Assembly (NCBI GenBank): GCA_018697295.1
Contig: JABHTJ010000006.1
Span: 5,133 to 69,132, forward strand
Direction of reading: 5' to 3'
DNA length: 64,000 nt
Source of the DNA: an archaeon
Lineage (GTDB): Archaea > Nanobdellota > Nanobdellia > Pacearchaeales > GW2011-AR1
The notes under the pieces: generated by a model
The model's input: the letters and a program-made list of their open reading frames with translations, nothing else
Told to the model about the DNA's origin: nothing
Database searches by the model: none
Made by a program: the position numbers and the translations under genes
Shown: piece by piece, positions 36,410-44,365 of the stretch
How positions within the stretch are numbered: the stretch's first letter is position 1
Layout: each line of letters begins with the position of its first letter

Positions 36410-36721
36410 TTGGACTTCATTTATCTTCGCATGAGTTCAAAAAATAATTATGTGCTTCAATGTGAAGAAATAGTTCCTGGAGCTTTTTCAGGAGAAGAGT
36501 CATGTCAGTTTAGGGCCTATGATAGAAATTCTATTGTCCATGCCGAATTACCTGCGCCAAGCAGATATACTAATCAAGAATCAAAGACTGTGAGAGTTAG
36601 GGTTGCAGGAGTTCAAGAAGATAGGGTGGAAGTTTATTTTCCTATTGCAGGAAGTGGAGATTTTGAACGCATTACAGTTCCTTCAACTAGTTTAGTCGAT
36701 CTCGCTCAAACAACTGCTTAA
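36410..36721 (+). CDS. Hypothetical protein
   Basis: ORF track only. The start may be the internal MSSKNNY. Confidence 0.35.
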   Translation: MDFIYLRMSSKNNYVLQCEEIVPGAFSGEESCQFRAYDRNSIVHAELPAPSRYTNQESKTVRVRVAGVQEDRVEVYFPIAGSGDFERITVPSTSLVDLAQTTA

Positions 36722-36759
36722 TTTAATATATCTAGTCTTTCTAAAAAAATCATTAAAAA

Positions 36760-37089
36760 TCAAGCTTTCAACTTCATAATCGCTTCAGCAATATCGCCTT
36801 CAGTTTCTTCTAAAGCACTTCGAACTTCATCTTCACTTTTTCCAGTTTGTTCTTTAACCATAGAAACATCATCTTCAGAAAAATCTTCACTTGATTCTTC
36901 TTCTGCCTCGCCAGTCACTTGATAAGTTTCTTGTCCCTGCATCATAACCTTGAGAACTTGAGGATCATTAATTACTAAATTTGTATCGTCCATTTCAAAA
37001 ACAACACGTCGAACATTAAGAGGAGTTTGACTAATCCCCATTTTTTTCATCATTCCCTGCATTTTTGCAGGATTCATTCCACCCAACAT
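36760..37089 (-). CDS. nac: Nascent polypeptide-associated complex protein (NAC domain plus UBA)
   Basis: MGGMNPAKMQGMMKKMG, the NAC core VVFEMDDTNLVINDPQVLKVMMQGQETYQV and the UBA-like C-terminus EDEVRSALEETEGDIAEAIMKL. Confidence 0.9.
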   Translation of the reverse strand: MLGGMNPAKMQGMMKKMGISQTPLNVRRVVFEMDDTNLVINDPQVLKVMMQGQETYQVTGEAEEESSEDFSEDDVSMVKEQTGKSEDEVRSALEETEGDIAEAIMKLKA

Positions 37090-37090
37090 T

Positions 37091-37246
37091 TTAAGCGTAA
37101 ATAAACCTAAGAACAGTTACAAAAGCAATCGCAATAACAATTCCTGCAATCACTGCACCAGGGCCAAATTTAAATTTAGAATCATATTCTTCTTTGTAAC
37201 GCATTAATCCTCCAAATCCTGCGCCCATTCCACTTTCTTGTGCCAT
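37091..37246 (-). CDS. secG: Preprotein translocase subunit Sec61beta (archaeal SecG), 51 aa, absent from the ORF track
   Basis: My translation is MAQESGMGAGFGGLMRYKEEYDSKFKFGPGAVIAGIVIAIAFVTVLRFIYA: a G-L-x-R-Y motif plus one C-terminal TM. Its stop lies 1 nt before the nac ATG. Confidence 0.7.
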   Translation of the reverse strand: MAQESGMGAGFGGLMRYKEEYDSKFKFGPGAVIAGIVIAIAFVTVLRFIYA

Positions 37247-37280
37247 ATTTTAGAAGAGAAATAGTAGTTTATAAGATTTT

Positions 37281-37892
37281 CTAATTAAGAGGCCTTATCT
37301 TCGCCAAAATCTCATCCTCTTTTTTCCGACTCAATCCATAACTTTTCCCAAACCTAACTAAAACATCGTTAATCTCGCACCAGTATTTTTTGGGAAACAA
37401 TTTCTCCAAATCTTTCTCAACTATATGTGCATTTTTCGAATCAGTCCAATCAAGTTTAAACGAAATTCGTGCAACATGGGTGTCGACTCCAATCGCATGA
37501 GCATTATGTGCCCCAACCAAATAAACATTCGCAACTTTTCTTCCAACTCCTGGAAGCGTAATTAATTCATTCACGGATTTCGGAATCTTTCCATCTTTCA
37601 AAATCTTCGTCGTCGCAATAATATTTTTCGATTTATTTTTATAAAAATTTACATGTTTAATGATTTTTTCAACAGAACTAAGTCGTGCTCTAGACAATTT
37701 TTCCATCGACGGATATTTTTCAAATAATTCTTCACAAACGACAATAGTCACTTCATCACGCGTAACGGCAGACAAAATCGTCGCTATAAGAATTTTCCAA
37801 TCTTCATCCCATTCGGCAGCAAGACGCATATTTTTATCCTTAACTAATTTTTTCAAAGATTTAAATTGCAAAATTGCTTTTTTAGAATTCAT
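37281..37892 (-). CDS. nth: HhH-GPD DNA glycosylase, endonuclease III family, without the C-terminal 4-Cys cluster
   Basis: ILIATILSAVTRDEVT, LPGVGRKVANVYL and GVDTHVARI. There is only one Cys near the C-terminus. Confidence 0.7.
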   Translation of the reverse strand: MNSKKAILQFKSLKKLVKDKNMRLAAEWDEDWKILIATILSAVTRDEVTIVVCEELFEKYPSMEKLSRARLSSVEKIIKHVNFYKNKSKNIIATTKILKDGKIPKSVNELITLPGVGRKVANVYLVGAHNAHAIGVDTHVARISFKLDWTDSKNAHIVEKDLEKLFPKKYWCEINDVLVRFGKSYGLSRKKEDEILAKIRPLN

Positions 37893-37900
37893 AATTACCT

Positions 37901-38287
37901 CTACTTTCCAAAATACATCTTCGGAGTTTTAGTACTAGAAAAAATTACTTTCTTCGCAATCACAAATCCGGCAGCCGCAAAAAACACTACATAGTTTCTA
38001 AAAATTGCTCGAAGATAACCACCAATCGTATCTCCAAAAACACTTGTCACTTCAATCCCCGCAATACTAAAAACAACAAGAGCAATAACTGCAACTAAAA
38101 AAGGCATATCATTTTCTTGAGGAACATTAAAAAATCCGACGATAAGACCAAGAACTGTCAGGAAAGCAAAAGTAAATGCCGAAGACGGACTTGAAAAAAA
38201 TACGGCCAAAATTGAAACTATGATCCCTACAAGAAACGACCAACGACCAACAATTCCCACATCTTTTTTCAATCTTTTTCTAAACAT
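37901..38287 (-). CDS. Hypothetical membrane protein (3-4 TM)
   Basis: I place the start at MFRKRLKKD (38287); the ORF-track extension overlaps the next gene. Confidence 0.45.
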   Translation of the reverse strand: MFRKRLKKDVGIVGRWSFLVGIIVSILAVFFSSPSSAFTFAFLTVLGLIVGFFNVPQENDMPFLVAVIALVVFSIAGIEVTSVFGDTIGGYLRAIFRNYVVFFAAAGFVIAKKVIFSSTKTPKMYFGK

Positions 38288-38339
38288 AATAAATAATATT
38301 TTCTCCAACTTAAATATCTTTCTTTTTTGGGTAGCAAGG

Positions 38340-38540
38340 TTATTTGATTTCCTCATTATAGGGCTTCTTATTTTGCCCATAATATGGAAATTTTCTCTTA
38401 GCATCTCTTACAAATGAGGTAATCGTCCCAGTAAATGTGTGGGTTTCCTCTCGAGGTTCATAAAGTTTTGAAGGCTCAATCTTTCTAACTTTTGTCCAGA
38501 ATACTTCGAGCCAGCTCGGCTTACTTTCATGGTCTGCCAT
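38340..38540 (-). CDS. Hypothetical small protein (66 aa)
   Basis: ORF track. A TATA-like ttttatataa lies about 28 nt upstream of the ATG on the minus strand. Confidence 0.4.
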   Translation of the reverse strand: MADHESKPSWLEVFWTKVRKIEPSKLYEPREETHTFTGTITSFVRDAKRKFPYYGQNKKPYNEEIK

Positions 38541-38634
38541 AGGATTAAGAATAAATCAAATTATATAAAATCTCTGAAAATCATAAATTTCTTCAAAGCC
38601 ACAACTTTTTATATCCTCTATCCTGTAAAGAATT

Positions 38635-39288
38635 ATGGGTTTCAAAGAGGTATGGAAAAAAAATAAATTTCTAATATTAGGAATTTTCTTTACACTATTG
38701 CAAATATTAGTAATTTATAGAAATCTAAGTGAAGCATTTAACATTTTCTTTTGGCTCTGTGATTTCATTCCAATCATTATAGCAATCGGATTTTTTAGAA
38801 AGAATCTTCTTCTTGTAAGGGGAGTTGTAAGTGTGGCTTTCCTTCCACAAATGGTTTATTTGGTGAGCCTAGTCCTCGGAACATTCATTTATCCAAATCT
38901 TCCAAATTTTAGTTATTTAATCGAAGCATTTGGTTTCCTAAATTTCCTTCCCAAGGGCGGATTTTATATTTTCATCACAATTCTGACACATCTATCTACG
39001 CTTTTTGCAATGATGGTAGTCATAAATTATGATCATCACAAAAAGAGTTTGAAGTATTCCGCCTTACTTATCCTAGGAACTTTCTTCGCGTCATTCTTGT
39101 TCACAAGTCCAATAGACAACATAAATTATGTTTTCACATTCGGACAAACAGTATGGCCTGCAATTCTGTGGACTCTTATCGTTTTCTTTGCCATAACAAT
39201 TCCGACTTATTACTTGCAAAAACTAATCCATATAATTCTCATAAGAAGCAAATATTTCGAGAAAAAAGACAAATCAAAAAGCCTTTAA
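38635..39288 (+). CDS. Hypothetical polytopic membrane protein
   Basis: ORF track; 6-7 hydrophobic helices. Confidence 0.5.
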   Translation: MGFKEVWKKNKFLILGIFFTLLQILVIYRNLSEAFNIFFWLCDFIPIIIAIGFFRKNLLLVRGVVSVAFLPQMVYLVSLVLGTFIYPNLPNFSYLIEAFGFLNFLPKGGFYIFITILTHLSTLFAMMVVINYDHHKKSLKYSALLILGTFFASFLFTSPIDNINYVFTFGQTVWPAILWTLIVFFAITIPTYYLQKLIHIILIRSKYFEKKDKSKSL

Positions 39289-39309
39289 ACTCCAAAATCG
39301 CTATAATTC

Positions 39310-39568
39310 TAGGTCAGGTTGGCGCGTTAGCCCCGCGCACTCGCGTAAATGGGCTTTATACGGACTGTAAGGTAGGGTGTGAAATGAAGCACTAAATGTC
39401 ATGTGTTTAACGTTGACGTTTTGTCTTCTTTGATCTTGCCTTAATGAACCGGGTCAGAGGCAGGAATGCCAGCAGCCCTAAGTTAAGTGCGTAGGTGCTT
39501 AGAAGGTCGCAGAACCGAGAAGAACATATAACCTCTTTTTTGTGGATTTGAGCTACCTACCGGACCTA
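39310..39568 (+). ncRNA. Signal recognition particle RNA (7S/SRP RNA)
   Basis: GC-rich island. The helix 8 tip is ccGGGUCAGAGGCAGGAAUGCCAGCAGCCCuaag (GGAA tetraloop on a GGCA/UGCC stem, conserved AGCAGCC side). The 5' uaggucaggu pairs with the 3' accuaccggaccua. A T-run follows. Ends are uncertain by about 20 nt. Confidence 0.8.
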
Positions 39569-39626
39569 TTTATTTTTTATCTAAACATTTTTTTCGAAAA
39601 TATATTTTAACTTTCCAATCAGAAAC

Positions 39627-39634
39627 TTTATAAA
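39627..39634 (+). promoter_or_regulatory. TATA box (tttataaa) 29 nt upstream of the rpo7 ATG
   Basis: Sequence and fixed spacing shared with the other boxes in this window. Confidence 0.5.
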
Positions 39635-39655
39635 TCAAAATTTTCTAAAGTTCTT

Positions 39656-40249
39656 ATGTTCTATGAAGTTCTAGTAACCGATCATGTAAGAGTAGAGCCA
39701 AACAAATTTGGAATGTCTACAGACGAGGCTGTGCGTACGCAACTAGAAGAGTCGTACTCAGGTTTCCAAGATAAAGATATCGGAACTGTCGTCGCTGTTT
39801 TAGAAGTTCTAGATGTAAAAGAGGGAATAATTATTCCGGGTGATGGAGCAGCATATTACGAATCAGTCTTCAAACTTATAGTCTTCAAACCAGAATTACA
39901 AGAATTAGTATATGGGACAATTGAAGAAATCACAAACTTTGGAGCATTCATTAGCATGGGCGCAATCAGAGGAATGATTCATATTTCACAAACAATGGAT
40001 GATTTCGTTTCTTTTTCAGATTCAGGAGTTTTAACAGGGAAGGATGGAAATAAAAATCTAGTTAAGGCAGATAAATGTATGGCCAGAATTGTTGCAATTT
40101 CTTACAAGGGAGAAGAACCAAAAATTGGATTAACAATGAGACAACCCGGTCTTGGAAAATTAGACTGGGTAGCTGCAGACAAAGAAAAAGCAAAAAAACA
40201 AGCGGAACAAGAATTAGCGAAAGAAAATAGTAAGGGTAAAAAGAAATAA
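39656..40249 (+). CDS. rpoE: DNA-directed RNA polymerase subunit Rpo7 (E')
   Basis: MFYEVLVTDHVRVEPNKFG at the N-terminus and an S1 domain (GTIEEITNFGAFISMG). Confidence 0.9.
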   Translation: MFYEVLVTDHVRVEPNKFGMSTDEAVRTQLEESYSGFQDKDIGTVVAVLEVLDVKEGIIIPGDGAAYYESVFKLIVFKPELQELVYGTIEEITNFGAFISMGAIRGMIHISQTMDDFVSFSDSGVLTGKDGNKNLVKADKCMARIVAISYKGEEPKIGLTMRQPGLGKLDWVAADKEKAKKQAEQELAKENSKGKKK

Positions 40250-40449
40250 TGGTATCAAAAGCAAATAAAGAAAAATCATGTTTGAATTGTCGAACAATTT
40301 ATCGGGGAGAAAAATGTACTAATTGTGGAGAAACTCCTTCAAGCGATTCATTCAAGGGAAGAGTTCACATTTTTAATGCGGAAGAATCTGAAATGGCAGA
40401 TAAAATGAAACTACACAATAAAGGAGAATTTGCAATCAAATCAAAATAA
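40249..40449 (+). CDS. spt4: Transcription elongation factor Spt4 (RpoE'')
   Basis: Zn ribbon CLNCRTIYRGEKCTNCGE. ATG overlaps the rpo7 stop. Confidence 0.8.
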   Translation: MVSKANKEKSCLNCRTIYRGEKCTNCGETPSSDSFKGRVHIFNAEESEMADKMKLHNKGEFAIKSK

Positions 40450-40453
40450 TAAA

Positions 40454-40930
40454 ATGGCAAAAGAAAATTTTAAAATAATCTCAAGTAAAAAGAACCCGTT
40501 TTTAGAACGAGAAGAATTAATTATAGAATTAACTGGCGACGTTCCTCCAAGCAATGTTGAAGTAAAAGAAATTGCCGGAAAAGATCCAAATACCGTCGTT
40601 GTTAATACAATTAAAACTTCTTTTGGAACACAAACCTATGTTGCAGACGTATTTGTCTACGACTCTGTCGAATCAAAAGAAAAAATCCAAACAATTCCTC
40701 AAAAAGTGCGGAAAAAATTAGCCGAAGAAGTTGCTGCTGCAAAAAAGGCAGGGGAGGAAGCTGCAAAGAAAGAAGCTGAAGAAAAAGCTGCGGCAGAAGA
40801 GGCAGCAAAAGCAGAATCAGAAAAACCAGAAGAAGAAAAAACTGAAGAATCTCCTGCAGAAGAACCAGAAGCAGAAAAAATAGAAGAATCTGTAGCTGAA
40901 GAAAATAAGCCTGAAGAGGTCAAAGAATAA
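40454..40930 (+). CDS. rps24e: Ribosomal protein eS24 with an A/E/K-rich C-terminal extension
   Basis: MAKENFKIISSKKNPFLEREELIIEL...; I place the start at 40454. Confidence 0.85.
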   Translation: MAKENFKIISSKKNPFLEREELIIELTGDVPPSNVEVKEIAGKDPNTVVVNTIKTSFGTQTYVADVFVYDSVESKEKIQTIPQKVRKKLAEEVAAAKKAGEEAAKKEAEEKAAAEEAAKAESEKPEEEKTEESPAEEPEAEKIEESVAEENKPEEVKE

Positions 40931-41166
40931 TGGCAATTAAGAGTAAAATTAAGGGAAAGAAAAAACACGTCAACAAACCTACTTCAGTAAAATACAAAAA
41001 ATATACTATTGAAGGTGATAAAATTGTAAAAAAAGCACGAAGTTGTCCTCGGTGCGGGCCAGGAATATTTTTATCTGTTGGAAAAGGAAGATCATATTGT
41101 GGGCGATGTCATTTTACAGAATTTGAAAAAAAGAATATTGAACCTATGCTTGAAGCAAAGAAATAA
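40930..41166 (+). CDS. rps27ae: Ribosomal protein eS31 (S27ae)
   Basis: CPRCGPGIFLSVGKGRSYCGRCHF zinc ribbon. Confidence 0.85.
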   Translation: MAIKSKIKGKKKHVNKPTSVKYKKYTIEGDKIVKKARSCPRCGPGIFLSVGKGRSYCGRCHFTEFEKKNIEPMLEAKK

Positions 41167-41227
41167 ATTCTCACAGACTAACCAGATTTTTAGAAAAGTT
41201 TATAACATATTTTCAATATAATTTAGT

Positions 41228-42490
41228 ATGAAAAAAGAGTTTGTAGCATTTATTGGAATTAGTTTAATTTTAGTGATGGCGGCTCCAGCAAGCGCATTTT
41301 CTTTTACAGAGTTTTATGAAAGTATTTTAGATGATGTTCATGATTTTATTACTGGAAAGGCTGGTGGGGCAAGTTGCACTCCAATCGGAAACATAGTTGA
41401 TTGTGAAACTGGGCTCGAAGGAGTTTGTAGTGAGGGAACAAAAACTTGTCTGGGAAGTGGAGATTATACAGAATGTACTCCAAATATCGAGGTAGGAGAA
41501 CTTTTAGAGATTTGTAGCGATGGCCTAGACAACGACTGTAATGGGAGAAGAGATATTTGGGATAGTGCTTGTTATGAGCAAGGAACTTGTAATGATGGGG
41601 TTCAAAATCAAAACGAAGTCTGTATTGATGTTGGAGGAATTTGTGCAAATGAGGAATCAAGCGAAACACTTTGTAGCGATGGCCTAGACAACGATTGCAA
41701 CGGACAAATAGATGGCTCTGATAATAATTGTCAAACTGGACAAGGTTGTGATCCGGGTTCAGTCAATTATTGCTCAACAGGACTCTTTGGAGTTTGTAGC
41801 AGCGGAACAAAAACCTGTGACAGTTCAGGATTCTGGCAAGATTGCATTCAAACAACTCCTCCAAAAACAGAAATTTGTAACGATGGCCTAGACAACGATT
41901 GCAACGGCAAAATAGATAACTCTGACAATAATTGCCCTCTTGAAGATGGGTGTAGTCCAGATTCAATCCAATCTTGTTCAACCGGACTCTTCGGGGCTTG
42001 TAGCAGCGGAACAAAAACCTGTGACAGTTCAGGATTCTGGCAAGATTGTATTCAAACCACTCCTCCAAAAACAGAAATTTGTAGCGACAATCTCGACAAT
42101 AACTGCAACGGCCAAACTGACGAATCAACTTGTGAAAAAGAAGAACTTGTAGTTACTTCTCCAATAGATTGCGAAATTACATCAGTTAGTTGGAGTAAAG
42201 ATGTAGTTGATGAAGATTATCTATTGAAAATGAAAAGCAAAGGAGATTGCGAAGATGCAGAAATAGAAATCAAAATCTACGAGGTAGATCTCCTGATTAA
42301 TGATCCTCTCAGAACACAATTCTCGACATTTAATGGCGTAACTGCAAATCTTTTAGTCTCTCTTTCAAAGGAAGAGGTTGCAAATGTTGCTAGCGGATTT
42401 TTAGAGGGAAATGAGTTTGAACTATCTTTCAAGGCAAAAGTTAGATATACTAACCAAAGAGAATTAAAATCAAATATCTTAAAAATATAG
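41228..42490 (+). CDS. Secreted Cys-rich repeat protein (C-x-DGLDNDCNG modules)
   Basis: Signal peptide MKKEFVAFIGISLILVMAAPASA. CSDGLDNDCNG-type motif four times (three CxDGLDNDCNG plus the variant CSDNLDNNCNG). The C-terminal domain resembles the segment that follows the Cys repeats in the giant protein. Confidence 0.75.
   Translation: MKKEFVAFIGISLILVMAAPASAFSFTEFYESILDDVHDFITGKAGGASCTPIGNIVDCETGLEGVCSEGTKTCLGSGDYTECTPNIEVGELLEICSDGLDNDCNGRRDIWDSACYEQGTCNDGVQNQNEVCIDVGGICANEESSETLCSDGLDNDCNGQIDGSDNNCQTGQGCDPGSVNYCSTGLFGVCSSGTKTCDSSGFWQDCIQTTPPKTEICNDGLDNDCNGKIDNSDNNCPLEDGCSPDSIQSCSTGLFGACSSGTKTCDSSGFWQDCIQTTPPKTEICSDNLDNNCNGQTDESTCEKEELVVTSPIDCEITSVSWSKDVVDEDYLLKMKSKGDCEDAEIEIKIYEVDLLINDPLRTQFSTFNGVTANLLVSLSKEEVANVASGFLEGNEFELSFKAKVRYTNQRELKSNILKI
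41743..42150 (+). repeat. Tandem duplication of a 204-nt (68-codon) unit inside the Cys-rich protein gene
   Basis: The 50-nt cores at 41795-41844 and 41999-42048 are identical (tgtagcagcggaacaaaaacctgtgacagttcaggattctggcaagattg). The flanks are diverged. Confidence 0.85.
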
Positions 42491-42602
42491 GATAAAATTT
42501 TTCTCACCTCTCTAACATCTTTTGTTAATTATTTCGGAATCAGAAGATATATATATCTCAAATTTCAACATAATATTATAGCTTGAAGGGAGGTAATAAT
42601 TA

Positions 42603-43115
42603 ATGAATAAAAAACTTATGTTAGCTTTTGGATCAGTACTAATAGTACTCCTACTAATGATGACCTTCTCCCAAGGAATAACTGGAAACGCAATTTTTCC
42701 ACACCGAAAAATAATGGCGCACACATGCGATGCAGACGCAATTTGTGAAGGAAATAGTTTTTCAGCAACAACAGGATCAATAACTGCCCAAGATGGACAA
42801 ATAACTAATAGATTAGATGTTGACGATTTACGTGCTGTCAGAACTGAATTCCAAAATAATATTTTTGCTCCAGGAATTAGTAGTATTAATCCTTCGGGAC
42901 TTTATCTAAGTGGAATTGGAGGAATTTATCACTCTGCCCAATACAATAATCCCGCAACCGGATCTGGAACTTCATATAATGTTCTAGCGCTTAGACCTAT
43001 AGCACCTCAGACAATATCAACTGTTCAATTTCCTCAAATAACTGGAAATGGAAATGCATACGCTTGTCTAGATTCCCAAGGTTACTTGTATAGAAGCAAT
43101 GCACCTTGCATATAA
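42603..43115 (+). CDS. Hypothetical secreted protein
   Basis: Signal/anchor MNKKLMLAFGSVLIVLLLMM..ITGNA. A GGGAGGT Shine-Dalgarno lies upstream. Confidence 0.5.
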   Translation: MNKKLMLAFGSVLIVLLLMMTFSQGITGNAIFPHRKIMAHTCDADAICEGNSFSATTGSITAQDGQITNRLDVDDLRAVRTEFQNNIFAPGISSINPSGLYLSGIGGIYHSAQYNNPATGSGTSYNVLALRPIAPQTISTVQFPQITGNGNAYACLDSQGYLYRSNAPCI

Positions 43116-43535
43116 ACTACTACTTTATTTTTTCTTTTTCTTTTTCACATTTCAAACATCTAGAATTTTCAACTTCATAAGAAAATTTATTTATCTGAAG
43201 TAGATTATTTTTTCATAAATATTGGGATGAAAATAAGAATACTCACTCTCTTTGACTCGGGTTTAATATCAAAAAACTAAAACATCTTTCGAGGCTGTGT
43301 TCAATTTTATAGAACATCTTCAGACTTACTCAAATCGGGGTTTTAGTCAAATTGATTGAAACCCTAGGAGATGCGATAAAGCGTTCAAAAAGATGCCCTA
43401 TCGCCTTCTCCTGGGGAAAAAGAGGTGATAGTATAACAAGTATAGTCTAGTTTTTAAAGTTTTCGGTCTGTTGTAATTATACAGTGACACATGAAATCAT
43501 CTATAAAATTTCATAATATCTAAAAATTCCAAACG

Positions 43536-43543
43536 TTTATTAA
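43536..43543 (+). promoter_or_regulatory. TATA box (tttattaa) 29 nt upstream of the scpA ATG
   Basis: Fixed spacing shared with the other boxes. Confidence 0.4.
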
Positions 43544-43564
43544 ATTATCTATGTAATCAATCTA

Positions 43565-44365
43565 ATGAATAAAGAGGATGCAATAAATCAAGACCAATTT
43601 TTTAATCTTATCACTGGAGAAGAACTAAGTTGGCAGACTATAATTTATGATTTAATAAAAACTGAACAGTTAGATCCTTGGGATATCGACCTTGGAACTT
43701 TATCAGAAAGATATATTGAGATAATCACTCAGTTAGAAGAGGCAGATTTCTTTATTTCCTCAAAAGTGCTTCTTGCATGTTCGCTTCTCCTAAGGCTCAA
43801 GTCAGAAATCCTAATCAATGATTACATTCAAAGTTTAGATGAAGCATTATATGGGAGAAAAGATGAAAAAAAATATGAGCTAGAGCGAATAGAAATCGAT
43901 GAAAACGAACTCCCTTTGTTAGTTCCAAGAACTCCAATGGCACGCCATAGAAAAGTAACGCTAAAAGAATTAATGTCTGCCCTCAATAAAGCAATAGATA
44001 CAGAAAATAGAAGAATTAAACGAGAAATCACTGGAAGACAAACTGCAAAAAATATTCTTAAGGTGCTTCCAAGAGGAGTTCAAATTCCTCTAAAAGTAAA
44101 AGTAAAAAACATTTTCGCAATTATTTCAAATCATATCGGAAGCAACAATAATCATATGAAATTTTCCCATCTAGCAAGCGAAAAGGAAGAAAAATTAGCA
44201 AGTTTTATTCCAATACTTCATTTATCAAACGATGGAAAAATTCACCTCAAACAAGACAATCATTTCAAAGAGATTCATATGGCTCTAGAAATGCATAGGG
44301 GTGAATTAGAAGAATTAGAAAATGAATTAGGATTACTGGATGAAGAAAATTTCCTAGAAAACTAA
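43565..44365 (+). CDS. scpA: Segregation and condensation protein A (kleisin ScpA)
   Basis: TEQLDPWDIDLGTLSERYIEII..EADFFISSKVLLACSLLLRLKS. Confidence 0.7.
   Translation: MNKEDAINQDQFFNLITGEELSWQTIIYDLIKTEQLDPWDIDLGTLSERYIEIITQLEEADFFISSKVLLACSLLLRLKSEILINDYIQSLDEALYGRKDEKKYELERIEIDENELPLLVPRTPMARHRKVTLKELMSALNKAIDTENRRIKREITGRQTAKNILKVLPRGVQIPLKVKVKNIFAIISNHIGSNNNHMKFSHLASEKEEKLASFIPILHLSNDGKIHLKQDNHFKEIHMALEMHRGELEELENELGLLDEENFLEN

Noticed and set aside
39153-39395. 80-aa ORF spanning the end of the membrane-protein gene and the SRP RNA 5' region
   Set aside because: It is an alternative frame of a supported CDS that runs into a structured RNA gene, so it is spurious.
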